40,588 nucleotides of DNA, taken from the IMG/VR virus record IMGVR_UViG_3300031965_000076, positions 1-40,588 of that record; one strand, given 5' to 3'. Shown here in pieces: positions 25,575 to 34,819 of the stretch. The stretch comes from a virus. Taxonomy: Duplodnaviria > Caudoviricetes. The notes below the pieces were generated by a model that saw only the letters and a program-made list of their open reading frames with translations, had not been told where the DNA came from and ran no database searches. The first letter of the stretch is position 1. Each line of letters opens with the position of its first letter. A program made the translations under genes and the position numbers.

Positions 25575-25958
25575 ATGACCAGCACGATCAGCAACACCGA
25601 CACGACCACCCGGGACGTGTCCACCTACCGCACCCACCCGCCCGTCCTGCGCCGCCCGGACGCGACCGGCGAGCTGCCGCTCTACCGGCCCGTCGGCGTC
25701 GCCGAGCTGGCGCGGCTGTCCGCCGGCGAAACCCTGGTCCTGCCCGTCGACGCGGTGCCGTCGGTGCCGCGTCACGCCGCCCCGACCGTCTACCAGCCTG
25801 CGCAGCCCGAGGTGGTGAAGCCGCTGTTCGGCCGTGGCCGTCACCGGGTGATGCCGGTGTGGCCGCTGCTGCTGGCGGTGGCCGCCGGTGTCCTGATGAT
25901 CGCCGCGCAGGCGGGCCTGCTGGTGGTCGCGGTGACCGTGAGCGAGGTCGTCCGATGA
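25575..25958 (+). CDS. Hypothetical protein with a C-terminal TM helix
   Basis: 127 aa; GAGGGA RBS. Confidence 0.65.
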   Translation: MTSTISNTDTTTRDVSTYRTHPPVLRRPDATGELPLYRPVGVAELARLSAGETLVLPVDAVPSVPRHAAPTVYQPAQPEVVKPLFGRGRHRVMPVWPLLLAVAAGVLMIAAQAGLLVVAVTVSEVVR

Positions 25959-26506
25959 CCGCGCCGAACGCCGAGCACCTGCGCGGCCCATGGAAGGCCG
26001 TTCTGTCCCTGCACGGTGAAGTCATCGGGGGCGACGACCCTTTTGCCGAACTGATCCCGTCCGATGAAGTGGATATCTCCATCCGCCGGGGCACCGCGCT
26101 CCCGGACAAGGACGACGAAGACTCCCTGCCGCGAACCTGCCGCTCGGGTGACGTCATCGACCTGTGGGATGACCTGTACGTCGAGGACGGCGACCCGTCT
26201 ACGGACGCCGCCGCCCGTTGGGCGCAGGCGCAGGCGATGGCGGCCGGGCTGAACGCGGCGGTCCAACCGAAGCTGATCGTCTCCGCGCCGAAGCTCACGC
26301 CCGAGCAGCAGTCCGAGCTGGAGGCCATCGTGCAGCGCCACGCCCGTCGGGGTCGTGCCGCATTCCCGGCGGGAATGCGGGTCTACGGCACGGGATGCCG
26401 CTGCGACTGGCTCGGTGAGGGCACCCCCGAACATGCACCGTCGCCGCTGTGCCGGTCGCTGCGTCCGGACGCGGACCGGGACGACGACCCGGCGGTGACC
26501 GAGTGA
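25955..26506 (+). CDS. Hypothetical protein
   Basis: 183 aa, ATGA-coupled. Confidence 0.65.
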   Translation: MTAPNAEHLRGPWKAVLSLHGEVIGGDDPFAELIPSDEVDISIRRGTALPDKDDEDSLPRTCRSGDVIDLWDDLYVEDGDPSTDAAARWAQAQAMAAGLNAAVQPKLIVSAPKLTPEQQSELEAIVQRHARRGRAAFPAGMRVYGTGCRCDWLGEGTPEHAPSPLCRSLRPDADRDDDPAVTE

Positions 26507-26766
26507 CCGCCGCGAAGCACGCCCTGCCCGACCCGGCCGAGGTCGCCCAGGACCGCGACCAGCTCCTCACCGACCTCGGCGTCACCCCCGTGACGCCGGT
26601 GAGGTCGGTGAAGTGGTGGGTGCTGCGCCAGTGCAGCCACCTCCCGGACGAGCGGGTGTGCGGGCATCGGTGGGAGTGGCAGGCCGAGGCGTGCGCGTGG
26701 CGTGCGGCGCGGCGCAGCACGAGCGAGACCGGCGTGTTCTACACCGTGCGGAGGGCCGACGCGTGA
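26503..26766 (+). CDS. Hypothetical protein
   Basis: 87 aa, GTGA-coupled; CGHRW motif. Confidence 0.55.
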   Translation: MTAAKHALPDPAEVAQDRDQLLTDLGVTPVTPVRSVKWWVLRQCSHLPDERVCGHRWEWQAEACAWRAARRSTSETGVFYTVRRADA

Positions 26767-27080
26767 CCCGCGACCTGAACACCATGGAGCTGAAGTACCT
26801 CGACCGCGACCCGCTGGCCGAACGGGTCGAGCGCCTCCAGCGCGAGCGTGGCGCACACCGCGCCCAGATCGAGGGCGTGATCCGGTGGGCCGCTGAGGAG
26901 TACCGCAAGTGCATCGTCTCCGCGCGATGCACCACCGACAGCGGCCACTACGAGAAGTGCAACGGCCGCGCCGAGGCCTACCGCCAGCTTTGCGCGCAGG
27001 TCGCCCAGGTCGCTGGCGTCGAGTGCCCGGACTGGGAAGCGATCAAGGTGGCTGTGCCGTCGGACGGGATCTACCGATGA
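26763..27080 (+). CDS. Hypothetical protein
   Basis: 105 aa, GTGA-coupled. Confidence 0.6.
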   Translation: MTRDLNTMELKYLDRDPLAERVERLQRERGAHRAQIEGVIRWAAEEYRKCIVSARCTTDSGHYEKCNGRAEAYRQLCAQVAQVAGVECPDWEAIKVAVPSDGIYR

Positions 27081-27391
27081 GGACCGTCGTCTACCCGCCG
27101 CCGGGCATCCTCGGCCTCGGCCGGTCCCGCACCGTCGGCGTCATCGCCCACCACGTCACCGACGCAGACGCCGACGCCATCGTCGACCAGCTCGACGCCC
27201 AGGGCATCCCCGTCGCCATGACCCACGGGCCCGGCAGTCAGGTCAACCTGCAGCCGTCCGCCCCGGTCACCACCCGGCAGGAAGTCCGGGCGATCCGGAT
27301 CGTCCAGGCCTTCACCGACGCCCCGATCGCCTGGCACGCGGCGGCGGCCGGATCGGCCCGCACCCCCAACGACTCCCTGGAGATCGCGTGA
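27077..27391 (+). CDS. Hypothetical protein
   Basis: 104 aa, ATGA-coupled. Confidence 0.6.
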   Translation: MRTVVYPPPGILGLGRSRTVGVIAHHVTDADADAIVDQLDAQGIPVAMTHGPGSQVNLQPSAPVTTRQEVRAIRIVQAFTDAPIAWHAAAAGSARTPNDSLEIA

Positions 27392-28230
27392 AGATCGTCC
27401 GCAAGAACACCGCCAAGGGCCACTACTACCTCGACGCCGACACCGGCGAACGCGTCAAGGGCGTCACCACCATCGTCGGTGACGGCATGCCCAAACCCGC
27501 CCTGCTCAACTGGGCCGGCGAAGCCACCGCGGAGTACGCCGTCGACAACTGGGACGACCTCACCGGGCTGTCCTACTCGGAACGCCTGAAGAAGATCAAG
27601 GGCGGCCGGTACGAGAAGCGCGACGCCGCCGCGAACAAAGGCACCGCGGTCCACGCGATGGCTGAGCGGCTCACCGCCGGCGAGAAGGTCACCGTCCCCG
27701 ACGAGCTGACCGGCTACGTGCAGGCGTGCGTGCAGTTCCTCGACGACTTCGACGTCCGGCCGGTGCACGTCGAAGCGGTCGTCTATTCCGAAACCCACCA
27801 GTACGTCGGCACCTGCGACCTGATCGCCGACGTGCTGCTGCCGGACATGCCGGAGTACGACCACATCCCGCGCGGCGAGGACGGCTACTCCCGGCTGCTC
27901 GGCGACTGGAAGACCAGCAAGTCCGGCATCTTCGGCGACGTCGCCCTGCAGTTGGTGGCGTACCGGCACGCCGAGTTCCTGATCGTGCCGGACTCCGGCG
28001 AGGTCATCGACATGCCGCCGGTGGACTTCGCGGCGGGCATTCACCTGCGGCCGAACGGCTACAGCTTCGTGCCGCTGAACACCGACGCCGACGTGCACCG
28101 GGATTTCCTGTACGTCGCCCAGGTGGCTCGGGTGGTCGGCGGCCTGCGGGATCTCGTCGGTGACGTGATCGTGCCGCCGACGGCCTCGCGGTACGTGCTG
28201 GCCAAGGCCGGCGAGGAGTCGGCCCGATGA
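27388..28230 (+). CDS. PD-(D/E)XK exonuclease (RecE/Cas4-like)
   Basis: GVTTI...GTAVH...E...GTCD...DWKTS...LQLVAY motifs; adjacent to ERF. Confidence 0.88.
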   Translation: MKIVRKNTAKGHYYLDADTGERVKGVTTIVGDGMPKPALLNWAGEATAEYAVDNWDDLTGLSYSERLKKIKGGRYEKRDAAANKGTAVHAMAERLTAGEKVTVPDELTGYVQACVQFLDDFDVRPVHVEAVVYSETHQYVGTCDLIADVLLPDMPEYDHIPRGEDGYSRLLGDWKTSKSGIFGDVALQLVAYRHAEFLIVPDSGEVIDMPPVDFAAGIHLRPNGYSFVPLNTDADVHRDFLYVAQVARVVGGLRDLVGDVIVPPTASRYVLAKAGEESAR

Positions 28231-29027
28231 CCGCGCCGACGCCGAGCCTCGCCGCCGCGCTGGCCAAGGTTCAGGCGAAGCTGCCCAAGCTGGAGCGCGA
28301 TCGCACGGTGACGGTCGAGCCGAAGGACCCGAAGAAGGCGCCCTACTCCTACAGCTACGTGACGCTGGCCAACCTGTCCGACGCGATCCTGCCGCTACTG
28401 GCGGAGAACGGCCTGTCCTTCGTGGCCATGCCCGGCGCCGGGGCGGACGGCAAGATGTGCATCCGGTACCACCTGCTGCACGAGTCCGGCGAGTCGCTGA
28501 CTGGCGAGTTCCCGATCTCCGGCGAGGGCGGCATCCAGATGATCGGCGGCCGGATCACGTACGCCCGCCGGTACTGCCTCGCCGCGATCGTGGGTGTCGC
28601 CGCCGACGAGGACGACGAGTCCCGGCTGTCGGAGGACGGCGGACCGCGGACCGCGCAGCGCAGTTCCGCACGACCGCGCCAGCAGGACGCGCCTGCGGCG
28701 CCGGCCGACGGCGAGGAGCCGACCGCCCGGACTGCTCAGCGGCGTACTCAGCCCGCGCGTGGTGCCCGGCCGCCGCTGCCCGGTGAGGAACCGGACGGCC
28801 CGGTCGGGCAGGACCAGCACCGGCACATGCACGCCCTGTGGCGGGAGCTGGGCTACGACGGGGATGCGAACCGGGACGGCCGGCTGGCGATCGTCGCGAA
28901 GCTGGTGGGCCTGCCCGAGCTGCAGTCGAGTGCCGACCTGACGCGCGCGCAGGCGGACACCGTCATCGCCGCCCTGGTCGAGCGCAAGGCCGCAATGGCG
29001 CAGCCGCCGGCCGGTGAGCCGTCATGA
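28227..29027 (+). CDS. erf: ERF-family ssDNA annealing protein
   Basis: LAAALAKVQ...YSYVTLA...LLHESGE...GGRITYARRYCLAAIVGV..DEDD signature. Confidence 0.9.
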   Translation: MTAPTPSLAAALAKVQAKLPKLERDRTVTVEPKDPKKAPYSYSYVTLANLSDAILPLLAENGLSFVAMPGAGADGKMCIRYHLLHESGESLTGEFPISGEGGIQMIGGRITYARRYCLAAIVGVAADEDDESRLSEDGGPRTAQRSSARPRQQDAPAAPADGEEPTARTAQRRTQPARGARPPLPGEEPDGPVGQDQHRHMHALWRELGYDGDANRDGRLAIVAKLVGLPELQSSADLTRAQADTVIAALVERKAAMAQPPAGEPS

Positions 29028-29380
29028 GCGCATCCAAGGACAAGGGAACCGCGTGGGAGACGGCGATCTGCCGGTACCTCACCGCCGAGGGCTGGCCTGC
29101 CGTCGAGCGGCGGGCCCTCAACGGCAGCACCGACAAGGGCGACTTCGCCGGGCTGCCCGTGGTGGTCGAGGCGAAGAACTGCAAGACGACGGCGCTGGCG
29201 GGATGGGTCGACGAGGCCACCGTGGAGGCCGCCAACGCGGGCGTGGACGTGGGCGTGGTGTGGCATCACCGGCGCGGTAAGGCGTCCCCGGCGGACGGCT
29301 TCGTGACGATGTCCGGCGCCGCGTTCGTGGCGCTGCTGAAGGGCTACGGCGGATCCGACAGCCGGGGAGGCAACCGATGA
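29024..29380 (+). CDS. Holliday junction resolvase (archaeal-type PD-(D/E)XK)
   Basis: KDKGTAWE...ERRALNG..DKGD...EAKN. Confidence 0.85.
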   Translation: MSASKDKGTAWETAICRYLTAEGWPAVERRALNGSTDKGDFAGLPVVVEAKNCKTTALAGWVDEATVEAANAGVDVGVVWHHRRGKASPADGFVTMSGAAFVALLKGYGGSDSRGGNR

Positions 29381-29679
29381 GCTTGTGGAGGAAGGACCGG
29401 GAGCCGGTCACGGCCGAGTTCCCGATCGTGCCGCGTGACGTCGTGGACGTCGAGCTGGGGCCGGCACGCGACAGCGCCCTGCTGGATCTGACGGGCCGGT
29501 TGCGTGCCGGGCTGGCGGAGATCGACGCCCTGATGTCGGCGGAGTTGGAGCGGGGTCGTGACGGCCGCGATGTGCGCCTGTTCAACGCGCTGCTGGAGGT
29601 GCGGCACAAGCTGGCGCCGGGCTCGCAGGTGTTGCCGTTGCGCTCGTCGGTGCCGGTCATCCCGGGGCGGACGTCGTGA
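29377..29679 (+). CDS. Hypothetical protein
   Basis: 100 aa; GGAGG RBS; coupled. Confidence 0.65.
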   Translation: MSLWRKDREPVTAEFPIVPRDVVDVELGPARDSALLDLTGRLRAGLAEIDALMSAELERGRDGRDVRLFNALLEVRHKLAPGSQVLPLRSSVPVIPGRTS

Positions 29680-29948
29680 GCCGGGTCGAGAGCGAGCACA
29701 TGCTGGCCATCGACGGCCGCAAGGTCCTCGTCTGCTGCATCGGCGCGTCCTGGGCGGTCTCCTGCTACGAGCCGGACTGCAACACCCCGATCGTCGGCTA
29801 CCGGGGCCGCGACAACGCCGTCAAGGGCGGCATGGCGCACCTGATGTGGCACGTCCACGGCAAGCCGACGTGCCGGGACTGCGGGGCGTGGCTTTCGCAC
29901 CGGACGGCGCGGCGCTGCCGCAAGGGCACCTGCGAGGCGTCGTCGTGA
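29676..29948 (+). CDS. Cys/His-rich Zn-finger-like protein
   Basis: 90 aa; C...C...H...H, CRDC and CRKGTC. Confidence 0.6.
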   Translation: MSRVESEHMLAIDGRKVLVCCIGASWAVSCYEPDCNTPIVGYRGRDNAVKGGMAHLMWHVHGKPTCRDCGAWLSHRTARRCRKGTCEASS

Positions 29949-30031
29949 GCGCGGTCGAGGTCATGGGCCTGGTCATCGGCGCCGTCTTCATCATGCTGAT
30001 CTTCGCAGGGAGTAGCAATGACGGCCGCTGA
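29945..30031 (+). CDS. 28-aa single-TM microprotein
   Basis: GTGA-coupled VSAVEVMGLVIGAVFIMLIFAGSSNDGR fills the gap between genes. Confidence 0.45.
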   Translation: MSAVEVMGLVIGAVFIMLIFAGSSNDGR

Positions 30032-30854
30032 GTACATCTGCGAATGCACCCACCCGAAGTCGCAGCACAAGCGGGAGCGGGACGGCTGCCGGTCGCCGGA
30101 GTGTGCCGGCGCGTGCGCGAAGTTCGAGTGCGACCTGAAGGCGTCGGAGGCCGCGCAGGGTGTGGAGCAGGCGCGGGTCCTGACCGTCGTCGCCGAGGTG
30201 TGCGAGGACCAGGCCGAGAAGGCGCGTGCCGAGCTGGGCGAGGAGCCCCGGTCCGGGCATCCGGTGTTGCGCACCCTCCGAGCTCGGGTCGCTGCCGTCG
30301 AGCAGGAGCGCGACGAGGCCCGGGACTGCTGGAGCGCCGCAGAGCGAGACCTGACCGTCGTGCGCAACGAGCGCGACCAAGCCAACGAGCTGACCGACAA
30401 GATCGCGGCCGAGATGCACCTCGTCACCCGCGAGCGCGATTCGCTGGCCCGTCGCCTCGCCGTGCGCTTCCAGGAGAAGCAGGCACTGGAGGCCGAGCTG
30501 ACGTCCGCGCGCACCGAGCTGGAGGCGCGACGCAACCTCGGCGTCGAGCTGGAGAAGGTCCGCGCCCGGAGCCTCCACTTCGAGACCCGTGCCAACGACC
30601 AACTGGCCGCGACGGTCAAGGCGCAACGCGAGCTCGTCGACGCCCGGGCCGCCGCCGAGGAGAAGGTCCGCGCCGTCCTCGACGCCGACCGCGCCCCGAC
30701 CGCCAGGCAGGTCCACACCTACGACGCCTTGTACTGCACCACCTGCTACGGCCGGTTCCTGCCCGACACCGACGCCGCTGACAACCATGTGCACCCGCTG
30801 ATCCCGGTGGTCGTGTCCATCACCCACCGCACCGAAGGAGAGTCCGATGCCTGA
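30018..30854 (+). CDS. Coiled-coil protein flanked by Zn-finger-like motifs
   Basis: 278 aa; CECTH....H and CTTC...H.H at the ends, long heptad core. Confidence 0.7.
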   Translation: MTAAEYICECTHPKSQHKRERDGCRSPECAGACAKFECDLKASEAAQGVEQARVLTVVAEVCEDQAEKARAELGEEPRSGHPVLRTLRARVAAVEQERDEARDCWSAAERDLTVVRNERDQANELTDKIAAEMHLVTRERDSLARRLAVRFQEKQALEAELTSARTELEARRNLGVELEKVRARSLHFETRANDQLAATVKAQRELVDARAAAEEKVRAVLDADRAPTARQVHTYDALYCTTCYGRFLPDTDAADNHVHPLIPVVVSITHRTEGESDA

Positions 30855-31260
30855 GCCCACCGAAGAGATCGAGATCAAGGCAACCACGGTCGCCACCCGC
30901 ACGTTCCGAGTCGACCGCGCCGAGTACGAGCAGGCGCTGGCCGACGACGAGCTGGACTACCTATTCGACTCCTACGTCTCCGACATGGACGAGGAGACGA
31001 CCTACACCACGCCGGACGGCCGGGTCCACGAGTACCCGTCCGGTGAGGTCATCGCCGAGGATCACGTCATCGAGGTCCGGGAGACCGGCTGGACGATCAT
31101 GCACCCGCTCGCCTGCCGCCCGAACCTGTTCGCCTGCGAGGTGAACCGGGCCGCCGAGCGTGACCTGACCGAGGCTCCCGCCGTGCTGGGCCGGTTCCGG
31201 TGCGACGCCGCCACGGGCCGGTTCGCCATCGGTGCGGCCGTGGGTGGCTCCGATGCCTGA
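30847..31260 (+). CDS. Hypothetical protein
   Basis: 137 aa; AAGGAG RBS; HPLACRPNLFAC motif. Confidence 0.7.
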   Translation: MPEPTEEIEIKATTVATRTFRVDRAEYEQALADDELDYLFDSYVSDMDEETTYTTPDGRVHEYPSGEVIAEDHVIEVRETGWTIMHPLACRPNLFACEVNRAAERDLTEAPAVLGRFRCDAATGRFAIGAAVGGSDA

Positions 31261-31564
31261 GATCTTCGGACCCGACCGGAGCTTCACCGCAGACCTGACC
31301 AGCCGCGGCACCGGAACCGTGAAGGTCGACGGCCACGACATCAGCGGCGCCGTCCGCGCCTTCGACTTCTCGGCGGGCGTCGGTCACATGCCGCGCGTGA
31401 CGCTCGACCTGGGCGTGTACGACGCGACCCGGATGGAGTCGAAGCGCACCGAGGTCGTGATGGGCTCGGCGACCCGTGACCTGCTGATCGACGCCGGATG
31501 GCAGCCGCCTGCCGATCCCGACGAGCGCCCGCTGATCGACGAGGGCGAAGGGCTGCTGACGTGA
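31253..31564 (+). CDS. Hypothetical protein
   Basis: 103 aa; VKVDGHDISGAVR motif. Confidence 0.65.
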   Translation: MPEIFGPDRSFTADLTSRGTGTVKVDGHDISGAVRAFDFSAGVGHMPRVTLDLGVYDATRMESKRTEVVMGSATRDLLIDAGWQPPADPDERPLIDEGEGLLT

Positions 31565-31776
31565 CCAGCCGCTCCCACGGGCGCCCCACCCCGTCGCGGG
31601 GCGCCCGCGTCGAACAGCGCAAAGAGCAGCGCGGCCCGACCACGCAGATGACCAGCCCCGCGCCGATCCGGGCGCTGTCCCCGCCGAAGCCGCCGCGCCG
31701 GCTGCCGTGCCTGGTCGATCCGGACTGCCGTGTCGACCACCTCCACCGCAAACGCAAGGGAGCCCGCCGTGGCTGA
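31561..31776 (+). CDS. Hypothetical protein
   Basis: 71 aa, GTGA-coupled, basic. Confidence 0.45.
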   Translation: MTSRSHGRPTPSRGARVEQRKEQRGPTTQMTSPAPIRALSPPKPPRRLPCLVDPDCRVDHLHRKRKGARRG

Positions 31777-31993
31777 CATCCATCCCGCTCTCCGCGCCGA
31801 CCTCGACCGCGAGCTGTCCGGCGCCGTCGACGGCCTACTGACGAAGGCGGCCGAGCTCGACGGCGTGGACATCATCGAGGCCAACGTCGACCTGACCAAC
31901 TTCCTGCTGGCCAGCCTCACCCCCGCGCAGCTCGCGGTGGCCGCGGCTGGGCTGGCTCTGCGCCTGCACCGGGCGGGGGCCGACCGTGGCTGA
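31769..31993 (+). CDS. Hypothetical protein
   Basis: 74 aa; GGGAG RBS; helical. Confidence 0.6.
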   Translation: MADIHPALRADLDRELSGAVDGLLTKAAELDGVDIIEANVDLTNFLLASLTPAQLAVAAAGLALRLHRAGADRG

Positions 31994-32519
31994 CTCACAA
32001 GAGAGTGCCGTTCCCGTGCTCTACCTCGACATTGACGGCACCGTCCGGCAGGGCAAGGACGACGCGCTCGGCCGGTTCGTCAACGGCCCCGAAGACGTCG
32101 TCGTCTTCCCCGAGGCCGTCGAGATGATGCGCCGCTGGAGGCAGGGCGGCGGCCGGATCATCGGCGTCAGCAACCAGGGCGGCATCGCCCTCGGCATCGT
32201 CGACGAAGCGAACGTCGCCGCCGCGATGATCGAGACACAGCGACAGGCGCTGAACCTCTTCGACAAGATCGCCTACTGCCGCCACCACCCCGACGCCAAG
32301 CACCCGGAGATGGCCCGCTGCTGGTGCCGCAAACCCAAGGCCGGACTGCTCATCGAATCGGCGCTCGAACTGGCCGCGCACACCGGCGAGATCTACCCGC
32401 CGTACATGGGCCTCATGGTAGGCGACCGCCCCGAGGACGAAGGCTGCGCGGCGGCGGCTGGTCTCGACTTCCAGAACGCCGCCGAGTGGCGCAAGCGGGC
32501 GGGGGTCGGCCGTGGCTGA
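31986..32519 (+). CDS. HAD-IIIA phosphatase (GmhB/histidinol-phosphatase-like)
   Basis: LDIDGT, VSNQGG, CRHHP...CWCRKP Zn site and MVGD...D. Confidence 0.88.
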   Translation: MADSQESAVPVLYLDIDGTVRQGKDDALGRFVNGPEDVVVFPEAVEMMRRWRQGGGRIIGVSNQGGIALGIVDEANVAAAMIETQRQALNLFDKIAYCRHHPDAKHPEMARCWCRKPKAGLLIESALELAAHTGEIYPPYMGLMVGDRPEDEGCAAAAGLDFQNAAEWRKRAGVGRG

Positions 32520-32817
32520 TCCGGCAAGCCTCAACGTTGCCCTCACGATCACTGGCCTCGCCAACGACGAGGCCACGGTCGCCTTCAATAACCTCCCGGT
32601 CGGCTCGACGGCGACCGTGCAGGTGACGAAGCCCGCCATCGGCTCGAAGCGCTACGCCATCGCCGCCGAGCGCCTGTCCGTGCAGGGCGCCAAGGACGTC
32701 GTCACGTCGGTGTTCCTGCATTGCCAGCAGGTAGCTGACGCGCCGACGCATCCCGATGGGTGCCCGTGCATGATCTGCTCTCTCGCGCGGCCTGCGGGCG
32801 GTGAGAGCCGTGGCTGA
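32512..32817 (+). CDS. Hypothetical protein
   Basis: 101 aa; C-terminal H...CPCMIC. Confidence 0.6.
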   Translation: MADPASLNVALTITGLANDEATVAFNNLPVGSTATVQVTKPAIGSKRYAIAAERLSVQGAKDVVTSVFLHCQQVADAPTHPDGCPCMICSLARPAGGESRG

Positions 32818-32953
32818 TGACCGGGACTACCACAACCCGGGCTGCGTCAACGTGGCGCTGCTCGTGCTCCTGCTGATGCCGTACGCCCTCGTCCGGCACG
32901 CGCTCGACCAGCGCCGGGAACGGCGCGCGAGGGCGGGTGAGCGGCGTGGCTGA
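32810..32953 (+). CDS. 47-aa single-TM protein
   Basis: VADDRDYHNPGCVNVALLVLLLMPYAL...RG*; bounded by GTGGCTGA overlaps on both sides. Confidence 0.55.
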   Translation: MADDRDYHNPGCVNVALLVLLLMPYALVRHALDQRRERRARAGERRG

Positions 32954-33188
32954 CCTGGCGAGCATCTACATCACCGCGGACTCGCAGGACAACGGCGCCG
33001 AGCTGGGGTGCACGGACCATCCGGAGTGGTGGGCCGACGCGGACGGCACCAGCCTGCCGGACGTGATCCGAAGCGCCATCGAGCACTTCCGCGACGAGCA
33101 CCGGGTGCACGTCGACACCTGCGCGTGCCAGGGCACGCAGGTCATCGACGCCCGATGCATCCCGGCGATCGAATGGGCGGTGACCTGA
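32946..33188 (+). CDS. Hypothetical protein
   Basis: 80 aa; C..H...H...H and CAC motifs. Confidence 0.6.
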   Translation: MADLASIYITADSQDNGAELGCTDHPEWWADADGTSLPDVIRSAIEHFRDEHRVHVDTCACQGTQVIDARCIPAIEWAVT

Positions 33189-33189
33189 C

Positions 33190-33471
33190 GTGGCCAAGGC
33201 ACCACACCCGGACTGGCACGTCCGCGTCGCCGAGGAACGTGCTCCGGCCATCGTCGAGGTCCTCAACGCCCAGCAGGTGTGGCGGTGGCTCAGCCGTGCC
33301 CAGCGCCATGCCCTGCTCGCCCACACCGCCGGTGACCGGATCAGCGCACACCCGCGCGTCCTCACCGCCCTGCGCCAGCGCGGGCTGCTCGGCGACACGG
33401 GTGAGCTGACCGACGCCGGTGTGGCGGTCCGCCGGTGGAACCTGCCGCTGCTACCCAGGGAAGGAGCCTGA
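33190..33471 (+). CDS. Hypothetical protein, winged-helix-like
   Basis: 93 aa; LSRAQRHAL...ALRQRGLL...LTDAG. Confidence 0.6.
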   Translation: MAKAPHPDWHVRVAEERAPAIVEVLNAQQVWRWLSRAQRHALLAHTAGDRISAHPRVLTALRQRGLLGDTGELTDAGVAVRRWNLPLLPREGA

Positions 33472-33472
33472 C

Positions 33473-33694
33473 GTGGCCGATGTCTTCACCGCCCGGTTCC
33501 GCAGCCGCTGTGCCGCCTGCGACGAGACCATCGAGCCCGGCGCCGACGCCCGCGCGAGCGGCCACGGCGGCTGGCTCCACGCCGACTGCGACCAACCGGA
33601 GCAGGCCGAGCACCGGCCGAGGCCAACCCCTCCCGCGTGCGGCCGGTGCTTCCAGATCCCGGCGGCCAACGGCGTGTGCGGATGTGACTCATGA
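33473..33694 (+). CDS. Zn-finger protein
   Basis: 73 aa; ARF...CAAC..I.PG...H..C and CGRC...C.C; AAGGAG RBS. Confidence 0.65.
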   Translation: MADVFTARFRSRCAACDETIEPGADARASGHGGWLHADCDQPEQAEHRPRPTPPACGRCFQIPAANGVCGCDS

Positions 33695-33927
33695 CCGCCC
33701 TGGCCAACGACATCCCGCGCTGCACGCTCGGACCGCCTACCGCGCCGAGCACCTGCTACTGCACCAACCGGCCCGGCTGCCCGTACGACGGAGGCGACGA
33801 CGTGTGCGCCTGCGGCGACGTGGCCTGCCCCGGCGACTGCGAAGAGCCCGACGACGACGCGGGGCACGGCGACGGCTGGCGGCCGGTCCGGACCGTCACC
33901 GGCTTCCAGAAAGCGGGGCTGCTGTGA
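33691..33927 (+). CDS. Cys-rich small protein
   Basis: 78 aa with 8 Cys. Confidence 0.55.
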   Translation: MTALANDIPRCTLGPPTAPSTCYCTNRPGCPYDGGDDVCACGDVACPGDCEEPDDDAGHGDGWRPVRTVTGFQKAGLL

Positions 33928-34511
33928 GCACGCCCGGCTGGCTGCGGCGGCGCTCCGGCCCGCAATGGGTCCGGGCCGGCCGCATCCTCAACACCGCCCG
34001 CACCGTCACCCCGGAAGTCGTGTGGGCGTGCGGGCCATACCTCGCCCAGCACGCCGCCCGCATCGCCGCCATCTGGAATGGAGGGCACCCGCTCAACGAC
34101 GGCCGCGGCGGCACCATGGACCACGGCCAATACCACGTCCGCGGCGGGCGCATCATCGTCATCGGCTACACCGACACGGGCGGCCGATACGAGCGGCTCG
34201 TCATCCCCACGCGCGCCGTCGAGCAGCTCGTCGCCGACCGCGCAGCCTTCCCGGCCGCCCTGGTCGCCGCCGCCGACGCGGTGCTCGCCGAGCGGCTGAA
34301 GGTCACCACCGCGGATATGGGCCTCAACCAGCGGTACCTGCTCGGCGAGGACCCGCCGAACCGCGACGAACGCGACGCCCAGTTCAGGTGGTACGCCGAC
34401 GTCGAGCGGCGCTGCCAGGACGTGGCTGCGGACCTGTGGCAGCACGTCATCCCGCCGCCGGCCAAGCCCGTACAGCTCGACCTGTTCGACCTCGCCGGAG
34501 GTGCCCGGTGA
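33924..34511 (+). CDS. Hypothetical protein with a C-terminal beta-clamp motif
   Basis: 195 aa ending QLDLFDLAGGAR. Confidence 0.65.
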   Translation: MSTPGWLRRRSGPQWVRAGRILNTARTVTPEVVWACGPYLAQHAARIAAIWNGGHPLNDGRGGTMDHGQYHVRGGRIIVIGYTDTGGRYERLVIPTRAVEQLVADRAAFPAALVAAADAVLAERLKVTTADMGLNQRYLLGEDPPNRDERDAQFRWYADVERRCQDVAADLWQHVIPPPAKPVQLDLFDLAGGAR

Positions 34512-34819
34512 TCGAGCCGACCGACGAGATGGTCGAGGCCTTCGCGGGCCCGAAGAGCTCGAACGCCTGGGTGCGCGAAGGGCTGGCCGCCGTGCTCGCC
34601 ATCGTCGAGCGGGACTTGCTGGCACGCGTCGAGGGAAAGCGGGGTGAGGGCCTCTGTACCTGCTCTGACGCTGACGACCCACCGATCAATGCCCGGACCG
34701 GCCTGGCGATGGAGCACCACTGCGACTGCGACGCGGTCACGGCGGCCGGTCTGCTGGCTGGTGACCGCCGCCGTACCCGGCATGTGGCCGGGTGCGTCTG
34801 CGATTGGGACGCGCCGTGA
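34508..34819 (+). CDS. Hypothetical Cys/His-rich protein
   Basis: 103 aa; GGAGG RBS; PTDEMVEA motif. Confidence 0.6.
   Translation: MIEPTDEMVEAFAGPKSSNAWVREGLAAVLAIVERDLLARVEGKRGEGLCTCSDADDPPINARTGLAMEHHCDCDAVTAAGLLAGDRRRTRHVAGCVCDWDAP

Noticed and set aside
27388-28230. Cas4 as part of a CRISPR system
   Set aside because: No array or other cas genes; adjacency to ERF indicates a recombination exonuclease.
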